64,000 bases of DNA. Origin: an uncultured delta proteobacterium (GTDB taxonomy: Bacteria; Myxococcota_A; Polyangia; Polyangiales; B10-G4). Positions 41,812 to 51,337 of the stretch are shown in pieces. Both the position numbers and the translations under genes were made by a program. Below the pieces are notes generated by a model. The model did not search any database, was not told the origin of the DNA, and saw only the letters and a program-made list of their open reading frames with translations. The DNA lies in the NCBI GenBank assembly GCA_963727445.1, contig CAVSGI010000004.1, positions 128,001 to 192,000 of the forward strand, in the 5' to 3' direction. Numbering within the stretch: position 1 is the stretch's first letter; each line of letters opens with the position of its first letter.

Positions 41812-41883
41812 CGAGCGACATGCAGGCACTCGGGTCGCATCGCGGCTCGGCGTGGCTTTCGCCATCGGCACGTGGAGTCGTTC

Positions 41884-44541
41884 GTGAAACGGAGAGAATC
41901 GAGGAGGACCGAGAGATCGGTCGCGGACATCTGCATGGGCAGCGTGTGGGCGTCCCTGTGCTTTTGCGCCCTGTCACCGAGCGTCCGGGCGCAAGAGGCG
42001 CCGGAGCCCAGCTCCGAAGAGGAAACGCCCGCGCCGACGCCGGACAGCCCACCGGCGCCGGCGAGGCTCGAGATCACGCCGCCCGAGGTCGAGGAGCGCG
42101 CCGACGCGGTCTACCCGGAGGCGGCCTTCGAGGAGGGCCGCGAAGCGACCGTCGTGCTCCTCGTCACGGTGGACGCGGAGGGCCGCGTGAGCGAGGCCAG
42201 CGTCGCGGAGTCCGGGGGACCGGCCTTCGACGCGGCCGCCCTCGACGCCATCGCGGGCTGGCGTTTCGCCCCCGCGCGCCGGGAGGGTACCCCCGTCGCC
42301 AGCCGCATCCGCGTGCCCTTCGCGTTTCGCATGCCGGCTCTGGCCGTCGCAGCAGAGGAGACCACGCCTTCGGCCCAGGCAGCGGGAAGGGGGCAGGCAG
42401 CGGAGGAAGCAGCGGAGCCCGCCGCGTCGCGGAGCCCGACCGCGGAGGACGAGGCGCCGCTCGAGGTGGTGGTCGAAGGCCGGCGCCAGCTCCGGACGGA
42501 GGATCGCAGCGCGAGCGACTTCGAGCTCGACCGCGAGGTGATCGAGGCGGCGCCTCGACAGGAGGGCGCGGAGGTCCTGCGCTCCGCGCCCGGTCTCTAC
42601 CTCGGTCGCGGCGAGGGCCTCGCGGTGGCCCACAACTACGTGCTGCGCGGCTTCGACGCGGAGCACGGGCAGGACATCGAGTTTCGGGTCGGCGGCCTGC
42701 CCATCAACATGCGCTCCCACATCCACGGCCAGGGCTATGCGGACATCGGCTTCCTGATCGCCGACGTGGTCCAGGGGCTGCACGTCAGTGAGGGAGTCTA
42801 CGATCCCCGGCAGGGCGACTTCGCCGTGGCCGGCTCCATCGACGTCTCCCTCGGCGTGAGCGAGGCGAACCGCGGCGTGCGCCTGCGTTCGGGCTATGGC
42901 GCCTTCAACACCTTCGAGGAGCTCGCGATGTGGGCACCGCGCGAGGCGTCCGAGGAGTCCTTCGGCGCGGTTCGATACGTTCACACCGACGGCTTCGGGC
43001 AGAACCGCGCGGGGCAGAGTGGCAGCGGCATCTTCCAGCATCGCTTCGGCACCGGCGACACCACCTTCCGCGCCATCGGCATCGTCCACGCGGCGCGCTC
43101 GAAGCTCGCCGGCGTCGTCCGGCAGGACGACGTCGACGCGGGGCGCGTCTGCTACTACTGCGTGTACCCCTATCCGACGGCGCAGGCTCAGAACGCCATG
43201 GCCGGGCGCGTCCTCGTCGGGCTCTTCGCCGACCATCAGAACGACGCCGGAGCCAACGGTCAGCTGGGGGTGTACCTCGGCTACGACGATTTCCGGATCC
43301 AGCGGAACTTCACCGGCTTCATCGAGCAGTCGCAGACCCTGTCCCGGGTGGCGGGCCGGGGGGATCTCATCGAGCAGCAGAACCGGACGCTGTCGGTGGG
43401 GCTCACGGGGCGCTATCGAAGCGCGCCCTTGCGCCCGACCGGATGGGCGCACGGCACCGTCGAGCTCGGGGTCGACGGGCGCGTCGACGTGATCGATCAG
43501 GCTCAGAACCTCCTCGACGCCGCGGTTCGGAACCAGACCTGGGATCGCCGGGTCGACGCCGGCGTGCGCGCCATGGACATCGGGTTGTACGGCGACCTCG
43601 ACTGGCGGCTCACGGACTACGTCCGGGCGCGCCTGGGCTTCCGCGGTGACCTGCTCTCGTACGACGTGGACGACCGCCTGGGTAACTACGCTCCCCTCAC
43701 ACGGCCGCACGACTCCTACGTCGTCGGCTTCCGTCGGAGCGCCCTCGGCCTCGCCTTCGGCCCGCGGGCCAGCTTCGAGGTCGCGCCCCTGTCGTGGCTC
43801 GCGGTGGTGGCTGCCTATGGCGAGGGCTATCGTTCGCCACAGGCCCGTACCCTCGAGGACGGGGAGGATGCGCCCTTCACGAAGGTGCGCTCGGCCGATC
43901 TCGGCATGCGCTTCGACTGGGGCGCGCCGCTCCAGCTGACGGTGGGCGGCTACTACACCCACCTCTCGGACGACGTGATCTTCGATGCCGCCGAGGCTCG
44001 CCTCGAGCGCGTTGGTGCCACGCAGCGCATGGGCGCCGTCGTCACGGCCACGACGCGCCCGGTCGATTGGCTGCTCGGCTCGGCGTCCTTCACCTTCGTC
44101 GACGCCACGCTCCTTCAGCCACCGCCGGCGACCGCGGAAGAGCCGGACCCGCCCTTCGTCGAGGGCCAGAGCCTGGCGTTCGTTCCGCCCGTCGTCGTTC
44201 GCGTGGACCTCGCGGCGCGCCGCGAGCTCGCGCAGGCCTTCGGGCGCGCCCTGTCCGGTCGCATCGGCGTAGGGCTGTCCTACATGTCGCCGCGGCCGCT
44301 GCCCTACGGGACGCTGTCCAACCCGGTCGTGCTCCTCGATGGTTCGGCGGAGCTCGACTGGGGCCCTCTGGCGCTCACCTTCTCGGTCTTCAACGCGCTC
44401 GGCTCGCAGTACGCCGCCGTGCCCTACGAGCTCGCCTCCGACTGGAACCCGACCGACGGGGTCCGTCCGCGAACGCCCACGCGCCACCTCTCCGCCGGCG
44501 CGCCTCTGTCCTGGATGCTCTCGCTGGGGATCACGCTATGA
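41884..44541 (+). CDS. TonB-dependent receptor with fused N-terminal TonB_C domain (start may be 41935)
   Basis: YPEAA...VVLLVTVDAEGRV...WRFAPA...VPFAF TonB_C; plug LRGFDAEHGQDI...SHIHGQGYAD...GDFAVAG; beta-barrel C-terminus. Confidence 0.92.
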   Translation: MKRRESRRTERSVADICMGSVWASLCFCALSPSVRAQEAPEPSSEEETPAPTPDSPPAPARLEITPPEVEERADAVYPEAAFEEGREATVVLLVTVDAEGRVSEASVAESGGPAFDAAALDAIAGWRFAPARREGTPVASRIRVPFAFRMPALAVAAEETTPSAQAAGRGQAAEEAAEPAASRSPTAEDEAPLEVVVEGRRQLRTEDRSASDFELDREVIEAAPRQEGAEVLRSAPGLYLGRGEGLAVAHNYVLRGFDAEHGQDIEFRVGGLPINMRSHIHGQGYADIGFLIADVVQGLHVSEGVYDPRQGDFAVAGSIDVSLGVSEANRGVRLRSGYGAFNTFEELAMWAPREASEESFGAVRYVHTDGFGQNRAGQSGSGIFQHRFGTGDTTFRAIGIVHAARSKLAGVVRQDDVDAGRVCYYCVYPYPTAQAQNAMAGRVLVGLFADHQNDAGANGQLGVYLGYDDFRIQRNFTGFIEQSQTLSRVAGRGDLIEQQNRTLSVGLTGRYRSAPLRPTGWAHGTVELGVDGRVDVIDQAQNLLDAAVRNQTWDRRVDAGVRAMDIGLYGDLDWRLTDYVRARLGFRGDLLSYDVDDRLGNYAPLTRPHDSYVVGFRRSALGLAFGPRASFEVAPLSWLAVVAAYGEGYRSPQARTLEDGEDAPFTKVRSADLGMRFDWGAPLQLTVGGYYTHLSDDVIFDAAEARLERVGATQRMGAVVTATTRPVDWLLGSASFTFVDATLLQPPPATAEEPDPPFVEGQSLAFVPPVVVRVDLAARRELAQAFGRALSGRIGVGLSYMSPRPLPYGTLSNPVVLLDGSAELDWGPLALTFSVFNALGSQYAAVPYELASDWNPTDGVRPRTPTRHLSAGAPLSWMLSLGITL

Positions 44542-45422
44542 GACCCGGCCACACCCACACGGGCTTCGCCCTGTGCCTCGGGTCGGCGCTCGCTCTGACG
44601 GTGGGCTGCATCGGCACGAGCCAGGAGGAGGTGCAGATCCCCATCCTCGTCGCCGGCACGGACGTCTCGGACGGAGCCACCGCCCGCGACGCGGTGCGCG
44701 TCACGATCACCCGCGCCAATCTCGCCTTCGGTCCCCTCTACCTCTGCCCCGGCAATCAGGCGGGGGCGCTCTGCGACACCGCGCGCCTCGAGTGGCTCGA
44801 CTCGGTCGTGATCGATACGACCAATCCGGAGGCCGTGGACGCCGGCGAGCTCATCGGGATCAGCGGGCCGGTGCGCTCGTGGATGTACGACCTCGGCATC
44901 AGCTCCCAGCTCACACGCGAGGACCCCTTCGTCCTCGACGCCGCGATGGAGCTCGGCGACGCCTCTCTCCTCCTCGAAGGCGCAGCCGAGGCGGGCGGCC
45001 AGCTCCTGCCATTCAGCGCATCGGTGCCAGTGCAGCAGACCGGGGACACCGAGCTCGGCATCCCCGTGATCCGCAAGAGCACCACCGACCCCTTTTCGCA
45101 CGACGTGGCCGGCGACGAGGCGGGGCTTGTCGTTCGCTTCGATCCCCGCTCGCTCTTCGTGAACGTCGACTTCGGCGCGTACGTCGAGGACGTGGCTTGC
45201 GCCCCCGATGGACCCGAGGTGAGGTGTGGGGGCTCGGTCGAGCAGCGCTGCGCTCCGGACGGGAGCATCGCGACGAGCCGCGACTGCGCCGACGAGGGCC
45301 AGGTCTGCGTCGCCGGGGTGGGCTGCGCGAACGAGATCGAGATCGACGCTTCGAGCGAGGCCTTCAGGGCCATCCGCAACGGACTGGTCTCGGGACGACG
45401 CCCCACCTTCGAGTGGCTTTGA
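44538..45422 (+). CDS. Lipoprotein associated with the TonB-dependent receptor
   Basis: ATGA overlap; lipobox TVGC; Cys-rich insert. Confidence 0.75.
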   Translation: MRPGHTHTGFALCLGSALALTVGCIGTSQEEVQIPILVAGTDVSDGATARDAVRVTITRANLAFGPLYLCPGNQAGALCDTARLEWLDSVVIDTTNPEAVDAGELIGISGPVRSWMYDLGISSQLTREDPFVLDAAMELGDASLLLEGAAEAGGQLLPFSASVPVQQTGDTELGIPVIRKSTTDPFSHDVAGDEAGLVVRFDPRSLFVNVDFGAYVEDVACAPDGPEVRCGGSVEQRCAPDGSIATSRDCADEGQVCVAGVGCANEIEIDASSEAFRAIRNGLVSGRRPTFEWL

Positions 45423-45435
45423 AGAGGACGCGCAC

Positions 45436-46404
45436 ATGCATGACGAAAGAAGAAAACGGGCGATGGCAGCGGTGGTGACGCTCGCACTGGCGGCCTGCGG
45501 AGAGGGCGGCGGCTCGGGCGAGGTGGTGGTGCTCCTCGAGGCGGAGGACAGCATCACAGGGGGTATCGAGGCCGGCGCCGGCGTCGAGAACATCGCCGAC
45601 GGATGGAGTGTCCGCTTCGATGCGCTCGATGTCGCCATCGGCGGAATCGAGATCCACCTCTCGACCGACGACAGCGTTCGCGCCCGCGCTCCGGACGTCT
45701 TCGTCGTCGACCTCGTGCAGGTGTCCGAATCCGGGATGCCGATGTGGACCCTCGATGGGCTCGAGGCCGCGCGTTGGGAGTTCTTCTTCGAAACCCCGGC
45801 GGCCGACGCCTCGGCGATACGCGACCTCTCGGTCGTCGAGGCCCACTACGAAGCCATGGTTGCCAGCGGCTGGACGTATTTCGTCGATGGGGTGCTCACG
45901 AAGCCCGATGGTCAGTCGTGCCCGCCTTCCTCTCTCGCCGAGCCCGGCGACGCGGCGCCGAACGGCAACGTGGTCGATGGCAACCCCTGCTACGACGCCG
46001 AGACGGTCCGCTTCACCTTCGGCGCGGCCGCGGCGGTGCGCTTTGGTCCATGCGAGATCGACGGTGTGCCGGGCTTCGCGGTTCCCGACGCTGGCGGGGC
46101 GACTGTCGCGACGACGATCCACGGCGACCACATCTTCTTCAACGGCTTCCCGGAGGGGAACGAGAGCGGCACGATGCGCCTCGCGCAGTGGCTCGCGGAC
46201 TGCGACCTCGATCTCGACGGCACCGTCACCGCGGAAGAGCTGGCATCGATCGCGCCCTCGGATCTCGCGGAGCTGGACGACCGCTTTCAGCTCGGCGCCC
46301 CTCCCATCACGCCGCTGGACGACATGCTGACCTACGTGAGGGCGCAGCTCGAGAGCCAGGGACATTTCCAGGGCGAGGGCGAATGCCCCTTCATCGGACT
46401 CTGA
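45436..46404 (+). CDS. Lipoprotein associated with the TonB-dependent receptor
   Basis: Lipobox LAAC; TIHGDHIFF, EF-hand-like DLDLDGTVTAEEL and terminal GHFQGEGEC. Confidence 0.75.
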   Translation: MHDERRKRAMAAVVTLALAACGEGGGSGEVVVLLEAEDSITGGIEAGAGVENIADGWSVRFDALDVAIGGIEIHLSTDDSVRARAPDVFVVDLVQVSESGMPMWTLDGLEAARWEFFFETPAADASAIRDLSVVEAHYEAMVASGWTYFVDGVLTKPDGQSCPPSSLAEPGDAAPNGNVVDGNPCYDAETVRFTFGAAAAVRFGPCEIDGVPGFAVPDAGGATVATTIHGDHIFFNGFPEGNESGTMRLAQWLADCDLDLDGTVTAEELASIAPSDLAELDDRFQLGAPPITPLDDMLTYVRAQLESQGHFQGEGECPFIGL

Positions 46405-46405
46405 G

Positions 46406-47107
46406 ATGAACACCGTCGAAATCATCAAGCACTTCTTCATCGGGGCCGGCGCTGGCTGGGTCCTGTGGCTGCTCGCGGCTCTGTCGATCGTGAGCGTGGC
46501 GCTCTTCGTCGAGCGCTGGCTCTTCTACCGTGCGCGGGAGGGCGACCTGCGCGCCCTCGCGGAGCAGCTGGCGCGGCGCCTCGAAGCGCGCGAGCTCGCG
46601 GTCGCGGTGGAGGAGCTCGGGCGGTCGCAGGCGGTCTCGGCGTCGATCGCGGCCGCAGGGCTGCGCCTCGGGCACCTGGGCGCGGCCGCGGCCGATAGGG
46701 CGATGCAGAGCGCGCTGGCGCTCGAGCGCGACCGCCTCGAGCGCAGGCTCGCCTACCTCGGGACGCTCGGGAACAACGCACCCTTCATCGGCCTCTTCGG
46801 CACGGTGATCGGCGTGATCCTCGCCTTCGAAGAGCTCGGGCACGGGGCCGCCGGACACGCGAGCAGCGCCGCCGGTCAGGTGGCGTCTCAGGGCGTGATG
46901 ACAGCGATCGCCGAGGCACTGGTGGCGACGGCGGTGGGGATCGCCGTCGCGCTCCCAGCGGTCGCCGCGTACAACTACCTCCAGCGCCGCGTCGCGTCGC
47001 TCCTCTCCGGTTCCGAGGTGCTGTCGAACCTCGTCCTCGCGTACCTCTCCGGCGACGACCTCGGGTCTGCCCCCGGCGACGACGCGAGGTCAGGCGGGGC
47101 GTCCTGA
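46406..47107 (+). CDS. exbB: MotA/TolQ/ExbB proton channel protein
   Basis: LGTLGNNAPFIGLFGTVIG and IAEALVATAVGIAVALPA. Confidence 0.9.
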   Translation: MNTVEIIKHFFIGAGAGWVLWLLAALSIVSVALFVERWLFYRAREGDLRALAEQLARRLEARELAVAVEELGRSQAVSASIAAAGLRLGHLGAAAADRAMQSALALERDRLERRLAYLGTLGNNAPFIGLFGTVIGVILAFEELGHGAAGHASSAAGQVASQGVMTAIAEALVATAVGIAVALPAVAAYNYLQRRVASLLSGSEVLSNLVLAYLSGDDLGSAPGDDARSGGAS

Positions 47108-47108
47108 G

Positions 47109-47528
47109 ATGGGTGGTCAACAGGAGCGGCCGGGTCAGCTGATCTCCGGCATCAACGTGACGCCGCTGGTCGACATCTCGTTGGTGCTGCTGGTCATCTT
47201 CATCGTCACCGCCAAGATCATGGTGACCCCGGCCATCCCGATGGACCTGCCGCGCGCGACCGAGAGCGAGGAGGTGCAGGTCGTGTTCTCGGTCCTGGTT
47301 CCTGACGCAGGTCCGACCCTCGTGGATGGAGAGCCGGTGCTCGACGACGAGGGCCTCGTGCAGCTCGCGCACGAGGCCCTCGCGCGCGACCCGGAGGTTC
47401 GCGCCGTCGTCAGCGCCGACGGGTCCGTGCCGCACCGCCGCGTGATGCACGTCCTCGATCTCCTCGAGCAGGGTGGCATCGCGCGCGTGGCCTTCGGCAC
47501 TCTGCCAGCCGAGGAGGGCGCGCGTTGA
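47109..47528 (+). CDS. exbD: ExbD/TolR family protein
   Basis: INVTPLVDISLVLLVIFIVTA, DLPRA, ADGSVPHRRVMHVLD. Confidence 0.92.
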   Translation: MGGQQERPGQLISGINVTPLVDISLVLLVIFIVTAKIMVTPAIPMDLPRATESEEVQVVFSVLVPDAGPTLVDGEPVLDDEGLVQLAHEALARDPEVRAVVSADGSVPHRRVMHVLDLLEQGGIARVAFGTLPAEEGAR

Positions 47529-48391
47529 GACCCGGCCGCGCCGCCGCCGATCCGTCGCCCGGCGCCGACGAACGTATCGTCGACGTCGTCTTCGGCACGT
47601 CGGCTCCAGGTCGTCGCCGGCGCTACGGTGTGGCCGTGGCCCTCGCCATCGGTCTGCACACCGTCCTCGGCGCGTTGGCGCTCGGCGTCGAGCCGTCGCT
47701 GGAGTCGTGGAGCTCGGCGCTCGCGTTGCGGGTGCACACGGAGCTGAGCCGGGAGGGGATCATCGAGCTCCCAGAGCCGCCACGGCCCGCGGCGGAGAAG
47801 CCGCCCCAGGAGCCGCCGGAGCCCCCGCCGGAGCGTGTCCCTGGGCCGAATCCGCCCGCCCGCAGCGCGGCCCCCGCGCGGCCGGCGCGAGCCGAGCCAC
47901 CACCCCCCGCCCGCGCCGGCCGGATCCTCGCGCACGAGCCCGATCCGCTCGCTCCCGTCGACATGACGGCGAGCACCTTCGTGGTGGGGGAGGCCGCCGC
48001 TTACGCGGGCGGCGTCACGACGGCCCGCGGCACGAACGAGACAGCGGTGCGCTCGCACGACGTCGCGCCCCCCCCGGCCGCGCCCTCGCCGCTGTCCGCG
48101 GGCGAGCCGGACCGCTCCGCTCCGGTCGGCCTGCCCACCGGGCGCTGGAGCTGTCCGTGGCCTACCGAGGCCGATGACGCGGACATCAACGAGCAGACCG
48201 TCGTGATCCGCGTGGACGTCCGCCCCGACGGAACGGTCGCATCCGCGACGCTGGTCGACGATCCCGGTCACGGCTTCGGCACCGCCGCGCTGGCGTGCGC
48301 CCGACGGGCGCGCTTCACGCCCGCCCGAGACGAGCGAGGGCAGCCCATCGCGTCGCGTTCGCCGCCAGTGCGCGTGAGGTTTCACCGGTGA
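47525..48391 (+). CDS. tonB: TonB energy transducer
   Basis: TM with His (AIGLH), Pro-rich linker, C-terminal WP...VVIRVDVRPDG...FTPARD...VRVRF. Confidence 0.85.
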   Translation: MRPGRAAADPSPGADERIVDVVFGTSAPGRRRRYGVAVALAIGLHTVLGALALGVEPSLESWSSALALRVHTELSREGIIELPEPPRPAAEKPPQEPPEPPPERVPGPNPPARSAAPARPARAEPPPPARAGRILAHEPDPLAPVDMTASTFVVGEAAAYAGGVTTARGTNETAVRSHDVAPPPAAPSPLSAGEPDRSAPVGLPTGRWSCPWPTEADDADINEQTVVIRVDVRPDGTVASATLVDDPGHGFGTAALACARRARFTPARDERGQPIASRSPPVRVRFHR

Positions 48392-48714
48392 GGGCTCGAG
48401 ACACACGAGAGCGGCGCGCCGCGCCGCCGATCTTCGTCATCATCGCTGTTGCGGTGCTGGTCTCCTCGGGTTGCACCGACACCCGCGCGACCCAACGGGA
48501 CTGCGCGTCGATCCTCGATCGCATCGTCGAGATCGAGATGCGCGAGCGGGGATTTCGGGATCCGGCGCTCGCCGCGCGTCGCCGAGAGGAGCTCAGGCGG
48601 CGCTTCGCCTCCGACCTCGACGGCTGCGTGGGGCGCCCGCTTTCGCGCGGGGCGATGCAATGCGTTCGGGAGGCCCGAACGACGGAGGAGCTCAGCCACG
48701 AATGCCTTCACTGA
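48388..48714 (+). CDS. Small Cys-rich lipoprotein
   Basis: GTGA overlap; lipobox SSGC; four further Cys in a helical domain. Confidence 0.65.
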   Translation: MRARDTRERRAAPPIFVIIAVAVLVSSGCTDTRATQRDCASILDRIVEIEMRERGFRDPALAARRREELRRRFASDLDGCVGRPLSRGAMQCVREARTTEELSHECLH

Positions 48715-48760
48715 GAGGTCTTTGGGTTGCTCGCGGGCCCTCAGGGCGCGACGCTGAGGC

Positions 48761-49195
48761 ATGGTCGACGATCTACGCGAGCTGAAGCAGCGCCTCCGCG
48801 ACGCGGGCCTCCGCGCGACGAGCGCACGCATCGCGGTGCTCCGGGCCCTCGAGACCGGCGACGGTCCCCTCAGCCACGCGGAGGTCTCCGAGTCGGTGGC
48901 GAGCCTCGGCTTCGACCGCGCGACCACCTATCGAAACCTCACGGACCTCTCCGACGCCGGCCTCGCGCGCCGCACCGATCACGGCGACCACGTCTGGCGC
49001 TTCGAGCTCGTGGGCGAGGAGGGCGAGCACGCCGAGCTTCACCCGCATTTCGTCTGCAACGCCTGCGGCATCGTCGCCTGTCTCCCCGAGGGCGCGCTGA
49101 CCGTGCACGGTCGCCGCGGCGTCCCGCGTGCGCTGCGGCGGCGAGACGTCGAGATCCAGGTGCGGGGCCTCTGCGACGAGTGCTCCAGGCGCTAG
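48761..49195 (+). CDS. Fur family transcriptional regulator (Zur/Nur-like)
   Basis: GLRATSARIAVL, DRATTYRNL, HPHFVCNACG, GLCDEC. Confidence 0.92.
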   Translation: MVDDLRELKQRLRDAGLRATSARIAVLRALETGDGPLSHAEVSESVASLGFDRATTYRNLTDLSDAGLARRTDHGDHVWRFELVGEEGEHAELHPHFVCNACGIVACLPEGALTVHGRRGVPRALRRRDVEIQVRGLCDECSRR

Positions 49196-49242
49196 ACCTT
49201 GCGTGCGCCGCGATCCTCTTGAGGCATTATTGAGATGTAGTG

Positions 49243-50514
49243 CTAGGCGATCCGGCGTAGCTCCTCGGCGACCGCGCCGAGGTCGGGGCGCTCGTCGGGG
49301 TTCTTCGCCAACAGCCTGGCCAGCAGAGCTTCGAGCTCCGGGGGCGTGGCGACGCCGAGCTCGCTCGGCATCGGCGGCGCCTTCGTGAGATGGGCGACGA
49401 GCACCGAAGCGGTGTCGCCCTCGAAGGGGCAGCGGCCGGTGACCATCTCGAAGAGGGTGACGCCGAGGGCGTAGACATCCGTGCGGTGATCGATGTCGCC
49501 TTCGCCGCTGGCCTGCTCGGGGCTCATGTAGCCGGGTGAGCCGAGGACCGCGCCCAGCTGCGTCAGCTTCGGGCCTTCGGAGACGAGCTTCGCGAGGCCG
49601 AAGTCGGTGACCTTCGGCTCGCCCGCCTCGGTCAGGAGCACGTTGCCCGGCTTGAAGTCGCGATGGACGACCTCCTGACCATGCGCGTAGGCGAGGGTCT
49701 CGGCGAGGGCTGCACCGAGCGCCGCGGCGCGCGGCAGCGCGAGCTTGCCCTCTCGGGCGATGAGCGCATCGAGGCCGCCTCCGGAGATGCGCTCCATCGC
49801 CATCCACATCCCCGTCGGCTCTTCGGCGAGGTCGTAGACCTGGACGATGCCCGGATGCTCGAGCTGCGCCAGCACCCGTGCCTCTCGCCGGAAGCGTTCG
49901 GCCGCGTCTCCTCGCAGGCCTCCGCGCGACAGTCGCTTGAGCGCGACGCGGCGGCCGAGCACCGAGTCCTGGGCGTCGTAGACCACGCCCATCCCGCCGC
50001 GGCCGAGCTCGCCCACGATCTCGTAGCGCGCCGGAGGCTTCGGCGCGTCCAGGGAGCCGTCGGCATCGTTCGCGTCAGGAGCCAACGTCGCGCCCAGGGC
50101 ATCGACCGGCTCCACAGCGCCTTCAGGCGCGATCATCGTCGTCGCCAGCTCCTCCTCTTTCCTCCGCACGACGCTCGGCGCATGGAGGACCAGGAGCCCG
50201 GCGGCGGTCCCCAGCCCGCCCAACCACCACGCCGAGACCGCGAGGAAGCTGAGCGCTTCTGCGCCGGGACGCCGCCTCACTCGTCGGCGAAACCAGACCC
50301 GGCGAGTCCTCGGCGGAAGGATCGTGTCGGCGGCCGAGTCGGCGACCCACGGCGCGACGGTGAAGCCGCCGAGCACCACGCAGAACAGCGTGATCTGCGC
50401 GGCGCGAGCCGTCTTCAGCCACTGCTTTCTCAGGCTCGCATCGGCTGCGGCGCGACGCGCAGCAGGCCAGGCCGCGAGGATGCGGGCGCGGAGCTCGGCG
50501 AGCCGATCGCTCAC
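49243..50514 (-). CDS. Ser/Thr protein kinase with two N-terminal TM segments
   Basis: GRGGMG, VALK, HRDFKPGN, DFG, GSPGYMSPE. Confidence 0.92.
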   Translation of the reverse strand: MSDRLAELRARILAAWPAARRAAADASLRKQWLKTARAAQITLFCVVLGGFTVAPWVADSAADTILPPRTRRVWFRRRVRRRPGAEALSFLAVSAWWLGGLGTAAGLLVLHAPSVVRRKEEELATTMIAPEGAVEPVDALGATLAPDANDADGSLDAPKPPARYEIVGELGRGGMGVVYDAQDSVLGRRVALKRLSRGGLRGDAAERFRREARVLAQLEHPGIVQVYDLAEEPTGMWMAMERISGGGLDALIAREGKLALPRAAALGAALAETLAYAHGQEVVHRDFKPGNVLLTEAGEPKVTDFGLAKLVSEGPKLTQLGAVLGSPGYMSPEQASGEGDIDHRTDVYALGVTLFEMVTGRCPFEGDTASVLVAHLTKAPPMPSELGVATPPELEALLARLLAKNPDERPDLGAVAEELRRIA

Positions 50515-50525
50515 GCGATCAGGGC

Positions 50526-51110
50526 TCAGTACATCCGCCAGTTGGCCTTCGCCGACGGATTCCAGCTGACCCGCTGGGTGCCGTGGTAGCCCGCGCCGGC
50601 GCGATCCTCGTGAAGGTGCTCACCTGGGCGGGGCGGGTCGGGCCGCTCCGACTTCTTCATGCCGCTGTAGTTGCGCACGCGAGCGACGAGCACCGGGCAG
50701 TGCGCATGGTGGATCAGGTGGGTCGCCACCGAGCCGAGGCTCTTGAGCCCCTTTTCGTCGCGCGTCCCCACGATGATCAGATCCGCATCGTAGTCCGCGG
50801 CCACCTGATTCAGCGCCTCCGTGGGCTCTCCCACGCGGACGTGCACCGAGACGTTGCCGGACTCGAGGCCGACGACCTCGCCCCCCACCTCGCGCACGCG
50901 CTCCCAGATCTTCTCCGGAACGCCTTCCATCGCGGAGTTCATCCGGTCGGTTTCGTTGTCGCCCTTCGCTTTCTTCATCTCGTCCTTGGTGACGACATGC
51001 GTGACGTGCAGGTGGGCGTTTCGCGCGCGGCGCAGCGCCTCGCGAATGGCGCGCCGGCCCGGGTCGCTGAAATCATCCCCTACGACGATGTGTACGAGCT
51101 GATCGGTCAT
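50526..51110 (-). CDS. Universal stress protein (UspA family)
   Basis: HIVVGDDFS, ADLIIVGTR...LGSVATHLIHHAHCPVLV. Confidence 0.9.
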   Translation of the reverse strand: MTDQLVHIVVGDDFSDPGRRAIREALRRARNAHLHVTHVVTKDEMKKAKGDNETDRMNSAMEGVPEKIWERVREVGGEVVGLESGNVSVHVRVGEPTEALNQVAADYDADLIIVGTRDEKGLKSLGSVATHLIHHAHCPVLVARVRNYSGMKKSERPDPPRPGEHLHEDRAGAGYHGTQRVSWNPSAKANWRMY

Positions 51111-51337
51111 TTCGTCTCCTCGGGCGCCTTTCTACCATCACTTCTGTGGACCAGATAGACACCGAAGAAAAAGGCGCAACGATTTCGCCGTAGCCCTCGA
51201 GCGCGAGCGCCAGGATCAGCGCCCTGTTCACCCGCCGATCCACCCCACCTCCGATTTCGGGGGAAAAGGGAGGTGAAAACGCGACCTGAGCACGGTTCCG
51301 GGGCCCCCCGCGAAGTGGTAGCGTCGCGCCTCGATCC

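Noticed and set aside
41721..41883. Cobalamin riboswitch or intrinsic terminator upstream of the TonB receptor
   Set aside because: No B12-box (GCCACTG...GGGAAG) elements seen and no U-tract after either hairpin; kept only as an unassigned structure.
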